Below, piece after piece: positions 26,777 through 36,624 of a stretch of DNA of 64,000 bases (its first letter is position 1; every line of letters starts with the position of its first letter). The position numbers and the translations under genes were made by a program. Under the pieces are notes generated by a model. That model saw nothing but the letters and a program-made list of their open reading frames with translations, was not told where the DNA came from and made no database searches. The stretch is from an uncultured Rickettsiales bacterium (GTDB lineage: Bacteria > Pseudomonadota > Alphaproteobacteria > Rs-D84), in contig CAMWQN010000001.1 of the NCBI GenBank assembly GCA_947176385.1, positions 27,733-91,732 on the forward strand, in the 5' to 3' direction.

Positions 26777-28801
26777 CTAATGTATACCGACCTGGAACTG
26801 GTCACCATAATCTGCAACCATTTGTCCGCCAACGGCGCAATTAAGGCTTTCAAATCCGCCCTTTACCTGGTTCTTTTTTATAATATTACTGGTTACGACA
26901 CCGCCGACGGTACCCAACACAACGCCCGCAATGGAATCGGATGCCAGGCGCGCGCCATTGAAATTCCCACTGGCGGTTTTCCAATGACTGCGACCAAATC
27001 CATCTGATATTTCTTTTAATGCCTTGGCTGCATCTGTAATTTTCTGTTTTTTCTTACTTGTATCAACAGGCGGGACACTGCCTGCTGTGCTGCCGGATGT
27101 TGCACCGCCTGCGGTTTGGCATTTGTAATTTACCGGTTCGCGTCCTGTCGTCCGACACAAACATCTGCCGTCACGTGCAACAGCCGCGCCCGGAATCATC
27201 GCACACCATGCCGCCATGGTATCATTATCCAAACATTGTTTTGTTGCATAATTATATCCCTGTTTTGCATCCTTACATTTGCATTCTCCAACATGTCGCC
27301 CATTTATAACACCATTATCAACCCATTTTGCATTTGTACCGGCAGCGATTGCAGCATCACAATTCTGCCTTGCTGTGTCATAATCTGTCAATCTGCAACT
27401 GTATGGCGCACGCGCAGAATCCAACACATATCCACGTGTATCATCACATTTACATGACAGTTTATTATCCGTCTGCTTCAATCCTCTATCTGCATCACAG
27501 TTACACATCCAATTTTTGGGCTCCCAGGTTCTGTCATATTCCATTGGTGTAAAAGTCATATTCCAGTCATAAATACACGCATCACGCAGGCGTTCAAATG
27601 TTTGGATACGAAGTGCTGCCTCATCCGTTAATTTGCATCCATTTGACGATGGATCATCAGGCTTATAGTCTTCATTTATACATTCGCACTGTGTTGGTGA
27701 TGAACCTGACTTTTCCTTAATATTTTTTGATGGTATATCACAGTTACATGTTCCAGATGTTGCATTCCATTCGCCGCCAGTTTGCCGACACCATGTTTCC
27801 GCCGACCGAACACACATACGTGGCGCTGGGTCATAAATCTCAGTACTATTACTGCAATAACATTTTCCATCCCTGGGTCCAGTCAGTCCCTTACTAGTGT
27901 CGCATTTGCAACTGCCACTTATCCAGTCACCACCGGAATCATCACCGGTACAAAGATAATAGGCATCATTTCTGACACATGTTTTTTTATCAGAACTTTG
28001 CGTCAGTGTTGTTTCATTACAAATGCACTGTCCACCTTCCCATCTGCCACCACTCTCTGAACAAGCCTCAACCTCTGCTGCATCTGGTGCAACACATTTA
28101 CCCTGAGAATCATTCCATGAATAAGTTGCATCTGAACACTTACAACTTGCACCGGGCGAATCATAGGTCTGCCCCTCACCTTTGTCATCGCTTCTGTCTG
28201 TACCACACAAACATTTGGTATTTGCAGCATCCCATTGCCCACCTGAATTTGTACATGTTTCTTGCGCTGATCTATCAACTTCACAATCTGTTCCAGCCGC
28301 ATTTCGTCTGTAACCAGATCTACATTTACACATAACACATACGTTTCCTATTCCAGAAGTTGTTGAAGCGCCATTTACATAAGAATAATTATACGTAGAA
28401 CCATCCAAACTATATGAACAAGTATAGTTATTACTTGGACTGTCACTTATTGTAGTTAAAGACAAATCGGACCCAGCACATATCGCAGTGCTAGATGTTG
28501 AAAGCCAACTATCAGATGCACCATCATCGCATGAATATATTTTTGTAACCAAACCATTCGTATTTTTTTGCCCTGCAATATGATGATCTCCACAATTGCT
28601 ATCACCTGCATAACTATTCTCGCAATAAAAACAAAGTCCACTTCCTGCGGTCTTTCCCCCACCAACAAGAACATTTATCACTTCACTGTTATTAGGTCCA
28701 TCACATGCCACTGGGTTGCAATTTGTTGCCCCCCAACCATCACTCGGCACAACCACCCCCAGGGTCAGAATTACTGAAAAAATGGCGATTAAGTGTTTCA
28801 T
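26777..28801 (-). CDS. large secreted Cys-rich repeat protein with the same C-terminal glycine-zipper-like module
   Basis: Start at MKHLIAIFSVILTLGVVVP. About 675 aa with dozens of Cys in CxC...C repeats (CKCSDATYSWNDSQGKC etc.). C-terminus: HWKTASGNFNGARLASDSIAGVVLGTVGGVVTSNIIKKNQVKGGFESLNCAVGGQ.. Confidence 0.6.
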   Translation of the reverse strand: MKHLIAIFSVILTLGVVVPSDGWGATNCNPVACDGPNNSEVINVLVGGGKTAGSGLCFYCENSYAGDSNCGDHHIAGQKNTNGLVTKIYSCDDGASDSWLSTSSTAICAGSDLSLTTISDSPSNNYTCSYSLDGSTYNYSYVNGASTTSGIGNVCVMCKCRSGYRRNAAGTDCEVDRSAQETCTNSGGQWDAANTKCLCGTDRSDDKGEGQTYDSPGASCKCSDATYSWNDSQGKCVAPDAAEVEACSESGGRWEGGQCICNETTLTQSSDKKTCVRNDAYYLCTGDDSGGDWISGSCKCDTSKGLTGPRDGKCYCSNSTEIYDPAPRMCVRSAETWCRQTGGEWNATSGTCNCDIPSKNIKEKSGSSPTQCECINEDYKPDDPSSNGCKLTDEAALRIQTFERLRDACIYDWNMTFTPMEYDRTWEPKNWMCNCDADRGLKQTDNKLSCKCDDTRGYVLDSARAPYSCRLTDYDTARQNCDAAIAAGTNAKWVDNGVINGRHVGECKCKDAKQGYNYATKQCLDNDTMAAWCAMIPGAAVARDGRCLCRTTGREPVNYKCQTAGGATSGSTAGSVPPVDTSKKKQKITDAAKALKEISDGFGRSHWKTASGNFNGARLASDSIAGVVLGTVGGVVTSNIIKKNQVKGGFESLNCAVGGQMVADYGDQFQVGIH

Positions 28802-28935
28802 GGTTATTATCCCTCGATCCCCTGTATGGCATACTATATCATATTGTATTTTATCATATTTACCGGTATTTACCAAACATTAAAAATGCGCCGGCGACCA
28901 CCAGCGCACAAAAATCAATATGATTTACATTATTC

Positions 28936-30216
28936 TTATTTGCATTCTGCAATTAACTGTGCGATTTGGGCATTCAATACCAAATCAGACTGCTTTAATT
29001 TTTCAATCTGCGCAATTGCATACAATACTGTTGCATGATTGCGACCACCAACCATGTTGCCAATTTCGGTCAATGACAATCCGGTTGCGCTTTTTAATAC
29101 TGTCATCATCATCTGACGTGCCAAGACCAAAGAACGGCTGCGACCGTTGCCGCATACTGCGTCATATGATACGCCCAATTTTTCGCACATTGATTTTACC
29201 ATTGCAATTGGTGTTTTGGCGCGTTGCAATGTATCCGCCAACAGACGTTGTGCAACATCAATATCAACTGCCCCACCCATCAATTCGCAATATGCGCGGA
29301 TTTTGTTTACAACACCTGCAACCAGGTGACCATCACCAGCAATGCGCGCAGCAATTGATTCTGCAACGTCCGATGCAACACCGGCACGGCGCAACATAAC
29401 CGTTTTAACATGTGTGTTTGGGGATGCGATATCTGCAACCAAACCAGATGCCATCAAAGACTGTGCACGGCGATCAAACCCAGTCAGATTATTTGGTGAT
29501 GCATCGGCTGTTAAAACGATATTCTTGCCAGCGTTACGCAAATCAACGATTAAAGCCATGAATTCTTCGCAGGTTGCACGTTTGCCAGCCAAAACCTGCA
29601 CATCATCCAGAATAAATGTATCACAGTTACGGCAGAAGTCTTTGAATGCAAATACGCTGTGGTCATGCAGGCTGCGTGTAAATTCAGATACAAATTGTGA
29701 ACCCGTCATCATGATAACGCGCCCCGATGCTGCACCATTGATGCATTCTGCCAGTAATGATTTACCACAACCTGCCGCACCATAGATAAACAATGGGGAA
29801 AATGTAACAGCGCCCGCTGCAACCTTGCGGCATGCAGACAGAACAAATGCGTTTTCGTCGGATGCAATAAATTTATCAAATGACGCGTTGTTAATTGTTG
29901 CTGCGCGTGGTGCCGGTGCATATGTCTGAACATTGTTATCATTTGCGATTGATGCATTACTGCGCGCTGCGCTGCGAACACAGATATCAACAGTTACACC
30001 AAATGCAGACACCGCATCACGGATTAAGTTTAAATGAACACTGCTGATAAAGTCTGCGGAAAACTGATTCTGGGCAACCAATGTCAATGCACCATCCGAC
30101 AATTCAAAACCCAGTGGTGCAATCCAAGAAGAAAAACTGGCAGCGTCCATTTTCGCGGCAATGACCTCCTTGATTGTGTCCAAGTTAATCATTGTTTTTG
30201 TCGCTGCTGCCTGCAT
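28936..30216 (-). CDS. dnaA: chromosomal replication initiator DnaA
   Basis: AAA+ Walker A GAAGCGKS, Walker B, sensor motifs, and C-terminal DNA-binding domain IV (..TEIGNMVGGRNHATVLYA..). Confidence 0.9.
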   Translation of the reverse strand: MQAAATKTMINLDTIKEVIAAKMDAASFSSWIAPLGFELSDGALTLVAQNQFSADFISSVHLNLIRDAVSAFGVTVDICVRSAARSNASIANDNNVQTYAPAPRAATINNASFDKFIASDENAFVLSACRKVAAGAVTFSPLFIYGAAGCGKSLLAECINGAASGRVIMMTGSQFVSEFTRSLHDHSVFAFKDFCRNCDTFILDDVQVLAGKRATCEEFMALIVDLRNAGKNIVLTADASPNNLTGFDRRAQSLMASGLVADIASPNTHVKTVMLRRAGVASDVAESIAARIAGDGHLVAGVVNKIRAYCELMGGAVDIDVAQRLLADTLQRAKTPIAMVKSMCEKLGVSYDAVCGNGRSRSLVLARQMMMTVLKSATGLSLTEIGNMVGGRNHATVLYAIAQIEKLKQSDLVLNAQIAQLIAECK

Positions 30217-30510
30217 CTGTTTCTCCTTCCTTCCCTAAAAGAGTTACGCCTGTGCAAGAGTGTAAAAATCACCTGCACATAAACGCTAAATTTTACTGGA
30301 CCATTTGGTTTCATAAAAATTTAGTGTTTATGTAGCCTTTATATTTGTTACTTTCTCTCTCGCGTTTTTTGTTTTGATTGGTGTTTCACAATCGTTTGGA
30401 TTACGTAGTTAAAGTTAAATTAAAAAATGACGTTTGCAACAAATTTGCATCCCATTTTTTAAGATTTATTTTTTGACAACGATTCGTTTTTTCGCCAGAA
30501 ATCCGCGCTT

Positions 30511-30531
30511 TGTATATACACTGTATATACA
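30511..30531. promoter_or_regulatory. tandem palindromic decamers TGTATATACA-c-TGTATATACA between the dprA stop and the dnaA upstream region
   Basis: Two copies of a self-complementary 10-mer separated by 1 nt; candidate operator. Confidence 0.25.
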
Positions 30532-30540
30532 TGATTTGAT

Positions 30541-31557
30541 TCATATCCGAACATATCCACCATCGGTTTTTCGTATCAAACCCTGCAATTCCAAGACGAC
30601 TAAATCACGTTTGATTTCCGAAATCGTTTTTTTGACAACCTGTGCCAATACAGATTCGGACACGGGAACAATACCTATTTTATCCAAAAGTGGATTTTCA
30701 TCGGCGACATTTTTTTCTTTTTTTTGTGTTTTTGGTTGCGCCGCAAAAAAATCTGATGCCCCCATACATAATTTTGCACGTCCTGACTGAATCAGTGAAT
30801 TTGGTCCTGCGCCCCGGGAATCCGTAGGATGCGATGGGATTGCCCAGATTTCCCGTCCAAAATCCATTGCGAATCGGGCGGTCACCATACTGCCAGATTT
30901 AGCGTCCGCTTCGCCCAAAATCAATTTTTCGCAGATTCCTGCGACCCAGCGATTGCGTTGCACAAAATTTGTCGCAACCGGCACAAAACCAACGGGCATT
31001 TCACTGATAACCACGCCGCGTTCAAGAATCTGATGGTATAACGATTCGTTTTCAACCGGCCAGATGTAATCCACCCCACCGGCAACAACCGCAATGGTGT
31101 TTGTATCCCCCGGCGCGCGCAATGCGCCACGATGGGCGGCAGCATCTGTTCCCGCTGCCATGCCGGATGCAATGGCAAACCCGTGTGATGCAAACTGTGA
31201 TGCCAAATCTGCCATAAATCCCATACCTGCTGCCGTCGCATGCCGGGTTCCAACCATTGACACTGCACACTTTCGCAATGTTTCCAGATTTCCGCGGGCG
31301 CTTATCACCGGCGGATGATTTTTTACCCCACGCAGTGCGGTGGGATACAACGCATCATCATCTGATATATATGTAATGCCCAATGACGCTGCCCGGTCCA
31401 TTTCATAACGCACCGCATCACCATGGGCACTGTCCGCATTTAAAGACGCCGCTGCCGCATCCACACCACCGAATGCCCCCACCAGCGCATTAAACCGCGC
31501 CGCCCCAATCCCAGGCGTGCGCAATATCAACAATTTATTAAATAATTCTTGTGACAT
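30541..31557 (-). CDS. dprA: DNA processing protein DprA (Smf)
   Basis: Rossmann-like DprA domain (GMAAGTDAAAHRGAL...IAVVAGGVD) and a C-terminal winged-helix-like tail. Confidence 0.8.
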   Translation of the reverse strand: MSQELFNKLLILRTPGIGAARFNALVGAFGGVDAAAASLNADSAHGDAVRYEMDRAASLGITYISDDDALYPTALRGVKNHPPVISARGNLETLRKCAVSMVGTRHATAAGMGFMADLASQFASHGFAIASGMAAGTDAAAHRGALRAPGDTNTIAVVAGGVDYIWPVENESLYHQILERGVVISEMPVGFVPVATNFVQRNRWVAGICEKLILGEADAKSGSMVTARFAMDFGREIWAIPSHPTDSRGAGPNSLIQSGRAKLCMGASDFFAAQPKTQKKEKNVADENPLLDKIGIVPVSESVLAQVVKKTISEIKRDLVVLELQGLIRKTDGGYVRI

Positions 31558-31643
31558 AATAACACTATAGCGGGATAGCGGGATTAAATTCCATACATAT
31601 TATATATATAAGTAAAAAAATTGGACGCCACAGCGCCCAGAAT

Positions 31644-32546
31644 TTATTTTTTTACCTTCAGCCCATTCATATACTGAATCAAGTCATCATAATTTATGTT
31701 GCTACATTCTGTTGGTGGGCGCTGCCCTGCACTCGCCCAGACAGGGTCTGTGCAAAGTTTTTGTAATTCCACCAACTTATCATAATATTCTGTAAACCTA
31801 GAATCCCCATCCTTGTACGCGACTGCCAACTGGGAACGAATCAATTCTTCTGACCCCTTTTCCATACCAAATTGTCCTTCGACAGCGCCACCAATCAACT
31901 TGTTACCAAACAATTCCATTGCGCCAACACCCAATGCCGCGCCACCGACCGCACCGCCAACAGTACCCCATGTACGTGCAGTCTTTTTCGCATCCAAGAT
32001 ACGTTTTTTCAAAACTTCTTCATCTGCCCATGCGCCACATGTAATTGTGCGTCCCATTTCAAAATATTGGGCAGCGATATCAGATACCTTGACCTTGGAA
32101 TCATTAGACTTTAATTCAACACGGACAAAGCATGTATTATTATCTGGGTCTTGGATATCTTCGACCATTGTTGTGTAATTATTAGTATTGCTGTACCGTG
32201 ACGCCCAAACAAAAGTATTCCCAACACCGATGTTATTATTCAAACATGCAGCCTTTTCTTTTTCACGATTATTGACGGTTGGTGTCACAGGGGTTGCAGG
32301 TGTACTTGGGTTTGTTGCACTGGCATCTGAATTTGTTGCGTCATTGTTATTGCCGGTTGTTGCGACAGGAACCTTGGCTGATGCCATTGCTGCTTGGACC
32401 TGGGGGGCTGCAACCTGACGTGGTGCCATCAATTGTGACGACATAGTACGACGTCCCTGTCCTGATGGACTGGCGGCGAATGCCGGCATTGTCAGAATAG
32501 AAATTGCAATAACAGAAATGAACTTTGTCATCATTATAATCCTCAC
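31644..32546 (-). CDS. secreted hypothetical protein with a C-terminal glycine-zipper segment
   Basis: Signal peptide, Thr/Pro/Asn-rich linker, then ..KKTARTWGTVGGAVGGAALGVGAMELFGNKLIGGAVEGQFG. This is the same AR-x-GTVGG glycine-zipper signature as the two Cys-rich proteins. Confidence 0.5.
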   Translation of the reverse strand: MRIIMMTKFISVIAISILTMPAFAASPSGQGRRTMSSQLMAPRQVAAPQVQAAMASAKVPVATTGNNNDATNSDASATNPSTPATPVTPTVNNREKEKAACLNNNIGVGNTFVWASRYSNTNNYTTMVEDIQDPDNNTCFVRVELKSNDSKVKVSDIAAQYFEMGRTITCGAWADEEVLKKRILDAKKTARTWGTVGGAVGGAALGVGAMELFGNKLIGGAVEGQFGMEKGSEELIRSQLAVAYKDGDSRFTEYYDKLVELQKLCTDPVWASAGQRPPTECSNINYDDLIQYMNGLKVKK

Positions 32547-32612
32547 TACACCTATGGGGACAGTATATCACAAATTGGTACTAAAATAAAGGGCTAATCT
32601 GTCGAAATCTAA

Positions 32613-33200
32613 CTATTTTTTCCATTTCCATTCTATCTTGGATTCTGTGCCACCAACCAAGCGTCCGATATTTTCACGATGACGCCACAGGCACAAAATC
32701 GCCATTGCAGCAAATGCCCAGCCAATTGCAGGCGCCATTGCAAACCCCAATATCGGCATCAAACAAAACGCGACAACCGCACCCATTGACGAAAATCCCG
32801 TCCCCAATGCAACAATTAACCATTCAATACCACATACAACAAATATCAATGGATTTACCGCCAGCATTATTCCAAACAGGCATGAAATACCCTTGCCCCC
32901 GCGGAACCGCAACCATACTGGATAACAATGCCCAATCATCGCCACAAACCCACACCATGCGCCAAAGGCAGCGTCAATAAAATAAGCCCCCAGAATTACA
33001 GCAATAATTGCCTTTGCCATATCCAGCAACCAAACCAGCCCTGCCATACGCAGACCGCCAACACGCATAACATTTGTTGCCCCGATATTACCACTGCCAA
33101 CCTGGCGCAAGTCACCCCGCCCCATCCAACGGGTCAACAACAATCCCATAGGTACAGAGCCCAACAGATAAGACACAATCAACATCAAAACATATATCAT
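32613..33200 (-). CDS. plsY: glycerol-3-phosphate acyltransferase PlsY
   Basis: 195 aa; multi-TM with the GSGNIGATN motif. Confidence 0.85.
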   Translation of the reverse strand: MIYVLMLIVSYLLGSVPMGLLLTRWMGRGDLRQVGSGNIGATNVMRVGGLRMAGLVWLLDMAKAIIAVILGAYFIDAAFGAWCGFVAMIGHCYPVWLRFRGGKGISCLFGIMLAVNPLIFVVCGIEWLIVALGTGFSSMGAVVAFCLMPILGFAMAPAIGWAFAAMAILCLWRHRENIGRLVGGTESKIEWKWKK

Positions 33201-33272
33201 TTATTTTTCCTTGATTTTCTGTTTGTTTTCTATAAAATATCAGAAAACGTGATTAAATAAAAGGAAAATAAA

Positions 33273-33533
33273 GTGGCAAATCACAAGTCATCTGAAAAAA
33301 GAATTTTGGTTACAGCCAAAAAGAATGCAATTAACACATCACGTCGCAGCGTTGTAAAAACTGCGACTAAAAAGGCATTGACTGCAATCGCATCTGGCGA
33401 CAAGGCAGCGGCAACAACAGCAGCACGCAATGCAGAATCCAAGATTATGAAATCTGCTGGCAAAATCATGCCAAAGAAACGTGCAGCACGTAAAATTTCC
33501 CGTCTGACAAAAAAAGTCGCACAAATGGCATAA
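33273..33533 (+). CDS. rpsT: 30S ribosomal protein S20
   Basis: 86 aa, basic and helical (MANHKSSEKRI...). Confidence 0.85.
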   Translation: MANHKSSEKRILVTAKKNAINTSRRSVVKTATKKALTAIASGDKAAATTAARNAESKIMKSAGKIMPKKRAARKISRLTKKVAQMA

Positions 33534-33554
33534 TGCCATATGGCAAATAAATTC

Positions 33555-33580
33555 AAACACCCCGTTTGGGGTGTTTTTGT
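33555..33580. terminator. rho-independent terminator after rpsT (may also serve the convergent gene)
   Basis: aaacaccccgtttggggtgttttt hairpin. Confidence 0.7.
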
Positions 33581-33590
33581 GCGTTGTAGT

Positions 33591-34733
33591 CTAATCAATA
33601 TCTGCATTATAAATCGAATATACCTTTTCTTTATACAACGCACGCAGGTGCCCACGCTGTTCAGTTGACATATCACCATAAAAAACGTGTCCGTTATATT
33701 CTACCACCAATGCCGGCACGGTACGTCGCGCACTGCGCAGGAACAAATCCCACTTAGCAAACCGCAATCGATTACCACAGTCATCAATACTTTTTGCACC
33801 AGACGCACTGCTGGGGGCAATGTCACCAGTTTGTTCAGCGCAAGACAAAATCCCCATATTAGACTTACCTGTCAGGCTACCTAAAAATCGCCCCCCACCC
33901 TGATTTCCAAAAAATGTCTGCGATACATTGTCAAACATACCATAAACATTATTTACCACATCATATACAGGAACAAAATCTTGAACAAGCACACCATCAT
34001 CCCATAACTTATATTCATATAATTTCGACTGACTGCTATACATCAACTCATTGCTGTTGTTCCATGCAAACAAATACATATCCCAATCATTGCCAATATA
34101 CCTGTTATCCGTATTCCAATCAGTACGCACGCCATTTATAGAATAAGAATCTTTGTCAATAAAAAACGTAATATCCCCACCAATCGTTGTACTGATACGC
34201 GATATACCAAACGCATCAAAATGCAAATTATAACCAAGAACTCGTGCATGCGTCGCGATAACAAAAGAATCAAAACTGCCCATTTTTGTTCTGGAACCAA
34301 ATATAACCCGATCTTTGCCAGATTCACAATCTGTAGTACTATCAAAGTGCAAATAAACTGCAGTTGACGCATTCGGGCGCTTTCCGGTATTTATATAGGC
34401 CACCCCATCACTTTGAATATATTCAACGGGAATATATTGCGAATTATATACAACTGCACCACCTGGACAAAAACTGCCTGGTTCACAATCAATTTGTGCA
34501 CCACCAATATCACGTACATACTTTCCAGGTTCGGTTATCAAATAGCATTCTGACACACTTGTTGCACCCAGTTTACTATATGGATACCCATTTGGACAAT
34601 CCATGCATTGATGCGTATCCTTTGACATATATTGTCCCATCACACATTCTTCGTCTGCACATCCTGTACAAATATAAAAACAAACAAGAAACACCCCCAC
34701 CAAAATAGCTCTCATCAATTTTACCCCCAACAA
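33591..34733 (-). CDS. secreted hypothetical protein (Cys-rich N-terminal region)
   Basis: 380 aa with a signal peptide. No recognised domains; rich in Tyr/Asn/Asp. Confidence 0.45.
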   Translation of the reverse strand: MLGVKLMRAILVGVFLVCFYICTGCADEECVMGQYMSKDTHQCMDCPNGYPYSKLGATSVSECYLITEPGKYVRDIGGAQIDCEPGSFCPGGAVVYNSQYIPVEYIQSDGVAYINTGKRPNASTAVYLHFDSTTDCESGKDRVIFGSRTKMGSFDSFVIATHARVLGYNLHFDAFGISRISTTIGGDITFFIDKDSYSINGVRTDWNTDNRYIGNDWDMYLFAWNNSNELMYSSQSKLYEYKLWDDGVLVQDFVPVYDVVNNVYGMFDNVSQTFFGNQGGGRFLGSLTGKSNMGILSCAEQTGDIAPSSASGAKSIDDCGNRLRFAKWDLFLRSARRTVPALVVEYNGHVFYGDMSTEQRGHLRALYKEKVYSIYNADID

Positions 34734-34782
34734 AAAAATAAAAAACCACCAGAAAAAAAATCTGAAGTGGTTGGAGGTTAAG

Positions 34783-34913
34783 ACCTATCATTCCATGAAA
34801 ATAGTGTGTTTATTTTGCATGTAAAACATACATTATTCACAACCCTCCAACCAATTTAGTTGGAGCTATTTTTCGTCCCCACGGACGCATAGAATGCGAG
34901 GGTCTTAAACCTC
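34783..34913. repeat. inverted-repeat-flanked structured element of about 130 nt (candidate small RNA or MITE)
   Basis: 13-nt terminal inverted repeats ggaggttaagacc / ggtcttaaacctc enclose internal hairpins ctccaacc..agttggag, cgtcc..ggacg and cgcat..atgcg. The region is non-coding. Confidence 0.4.
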
Positions 34914-34964
34914 AATATCAGAACACCTGATATCAAAACAATCATAACAAATTTTATTTTTGCA

Positions 34965-34996
34965 TGTAACAAAAAACTCGCCAATGGCGAGTTTTG
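34965..34996 (-). terminator. rho-independent terminator after the secretin gene
   Basis: Minus-strand hairpin aaaactcgccattggcgagtttt followed by a T run. Confidence 0.7.
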
Positions 34997-35003
34997 TTAT
35001 TTT

Positions 35004-36602
35004 TTAATTCAGTGGTGCACCCCAATGCTGCTGGATATTACGCTCCGCATCCATAGGACTGATCAATACCTGCGGTGTCAAGATTACAACCAACACATCA
35101 CGCTGTGACGATGTTTCACGCGACCCTGACAGTGCCATAAAGTCAGGATCACCCAAACCATAACGGGTATCATTATCTGTCTGTTTTTCAAATCCGGATA
35201 CAACCAGCATCTGACCAGATTCCATAATAACTTCTTGCATGAATGAACGTTCTTCAACCTCTGGCAACTGGATTGTTACAGCACCAATGGTCTGGGTGGA
35301 CATATTCAACAATTCACGTACAGACATACGGAACAACAGCAATATGCGACCATTTTCCAATACATTTGGCAACAACTGCATTGAAAATCCTGTTTCCAAA
35401 TCGTCTTGGTCAACAGTTGAAGATTCAACAGTTGTAAAGTTACGCGATTCAAAACGTTTGATATATCCTGTTGTACGTGTATTGTTTACAGGTGCCACGC
35501 GGTTATTACGTGTTGTAACACCAACGTTCGTAACCAATGACACTTTACCCTGCTTTGCCAAAGCCTCTATCAATGCGGTGCTGCCTGCGATACCAGACAA
35601 TGAACTGTTGTTAATTTTATCTTCTGTATATCCAGCCAAACCAACAGATTCCGCAACCGCACTGGACAATACTGCAATGTTCATGGAACTTGCCTCGGTC
35701 GAAGCCAGGTTATTTTTCGGATTCGCAACAATATTTAATCCGGACGCAGAATTGATTGCCGCAGCCAAATTCAAACCAAACGCTGAATTATTAGAAATAG
35801 ACACCTGCAACACTTTGACATCAATTGTTACCAGTTGTGACAAACGTTTATTCTGCTTTGCGATATATTCACCAACGCGATTTAATACAGACGGTGGTGC
35901 TGTCACAGTTATTGTTCCCAAACTGCGTGAAACTGTAAAGTCCGCATTTTCAGATTTACCAATAATCGCAGATATTGCACTTTCAACTTCATCCCATTCT
36001 TTCAGGGTTGATTCTAATGACACCTGGTTGCCGTCATCGGTCTGAACCGCGGTCTGATATGATACATCGGTTCCCAATGCGTACAATGTAAATGTCTTGG
36101 TTTCTGTTTCATAAAACACAATTGCATTTTTATCATAATACCACAACAGGTCTAAATCTGTTGCAACCTGTGACAGCAGCCCAGACAATTTCCCCGTATA
36201 TGCGATATTCATTGTTTTACGCAATTTTTCGCCATTTACCTGGCTGTCAATTTTTACAGGAATACCGGTAATAGAATTGATATTATTTGCCAACACCTGC
36301 AAATTCACAGGTTCATTTAACAATATTGTAACCCCTGTATCTGTTTCAAATTGGGATGGCAAATTATTTTTGTGTTCCAAGACAGTTGATTTATTACCCA
36401 ACCAAATACCTTCGGACATTGATACAGTGTCACCACTGGCAACCTTGGCGCGGGGATTTTTTGCCATTTCGAATGCATCGTATGCATTGATAAAATCCTG
36501 GTCAACTGATGCTGCAACCTTGGCTGACTCACGGGTTCCGCATCCTGATACAGCGAAACATACCAGCGCACATGCCGCAAAAGATTTAATTAACTTATTC
36601 AT
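35004..36602 (-). CDS. outer-membrane lipoprotein secretin (type IVb pilus TcpC/BfpB/PilN-like)
   Basis: 532 aa. Lipobox AVSGC, N-terminal secretin N-domains and the C-terminal secretin motif ..VVSGFEKQTDNDTRYGLGDPDFMALSGSRETSSQRDVLVVILTPQV. Confidence 0.75.
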   Translation of the reverse strand: MNKLIKSFAACALVCFAVSGCGTRESAKVAASVDQDFINAYDAFEMAKNPRAKVASGDTVSMSEGIWLGNKSTVLEHKNNLPSQFETDTGVTILLNEPVNLQVLANNINSITGIPVKIDSQVNGEKLRKTMNIAYTGKLSGLLSQVATDLDLLWYYDKNAIVFYETETKTFTLYALGTDVSYQTAVQTDDGNQVSLESTLKEWDEVESAISAIIGKSENADFTVSRSLGTITVTAPPSVLNRVGEYIAKQNKRLSQLVTIDVKVLQVSISNNSAFGLNLAAAINSASGLNIVANPKNNLASTEASSMNIAVLSSAVAESVGLAGYTEDKINNSSLSGIAGSTALIEALAKQGKVSLVTNVGVTTRNNRVAPVNNTRTTGYIKRFESRNFTTVESSTVDQDDLETGFSMQLLPNVLENGRILLLFRMSVRELLNMSTQTIGAVTIQLPEVEERSFMQEVIMESGQMLVVSGFEKQTDNDTRYGLGDPDFMALSGSRETSSQRDVLVVILTPQVLISPMDAERNIQQHWGAPLN

Positions 36603-36624
36603 TTATCCCCCCTGGGCGGTATAG

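Noticed and set aside
30217-30540. Chromosomal origin oriC next to dnaA
   Set aside because: Only one imperfect DnaA box (TGTTTCACA) was seen and there is no cluster. It cannot be confirmed without a genome-wide GC-skew analysis; kept as a low-interest regulatory finding instead.
35239-36045. 268-aa plus-strand ORF
   Set aside because: It lies entirely inside, and antisense to, the secretin gene, which has strong family motifs.
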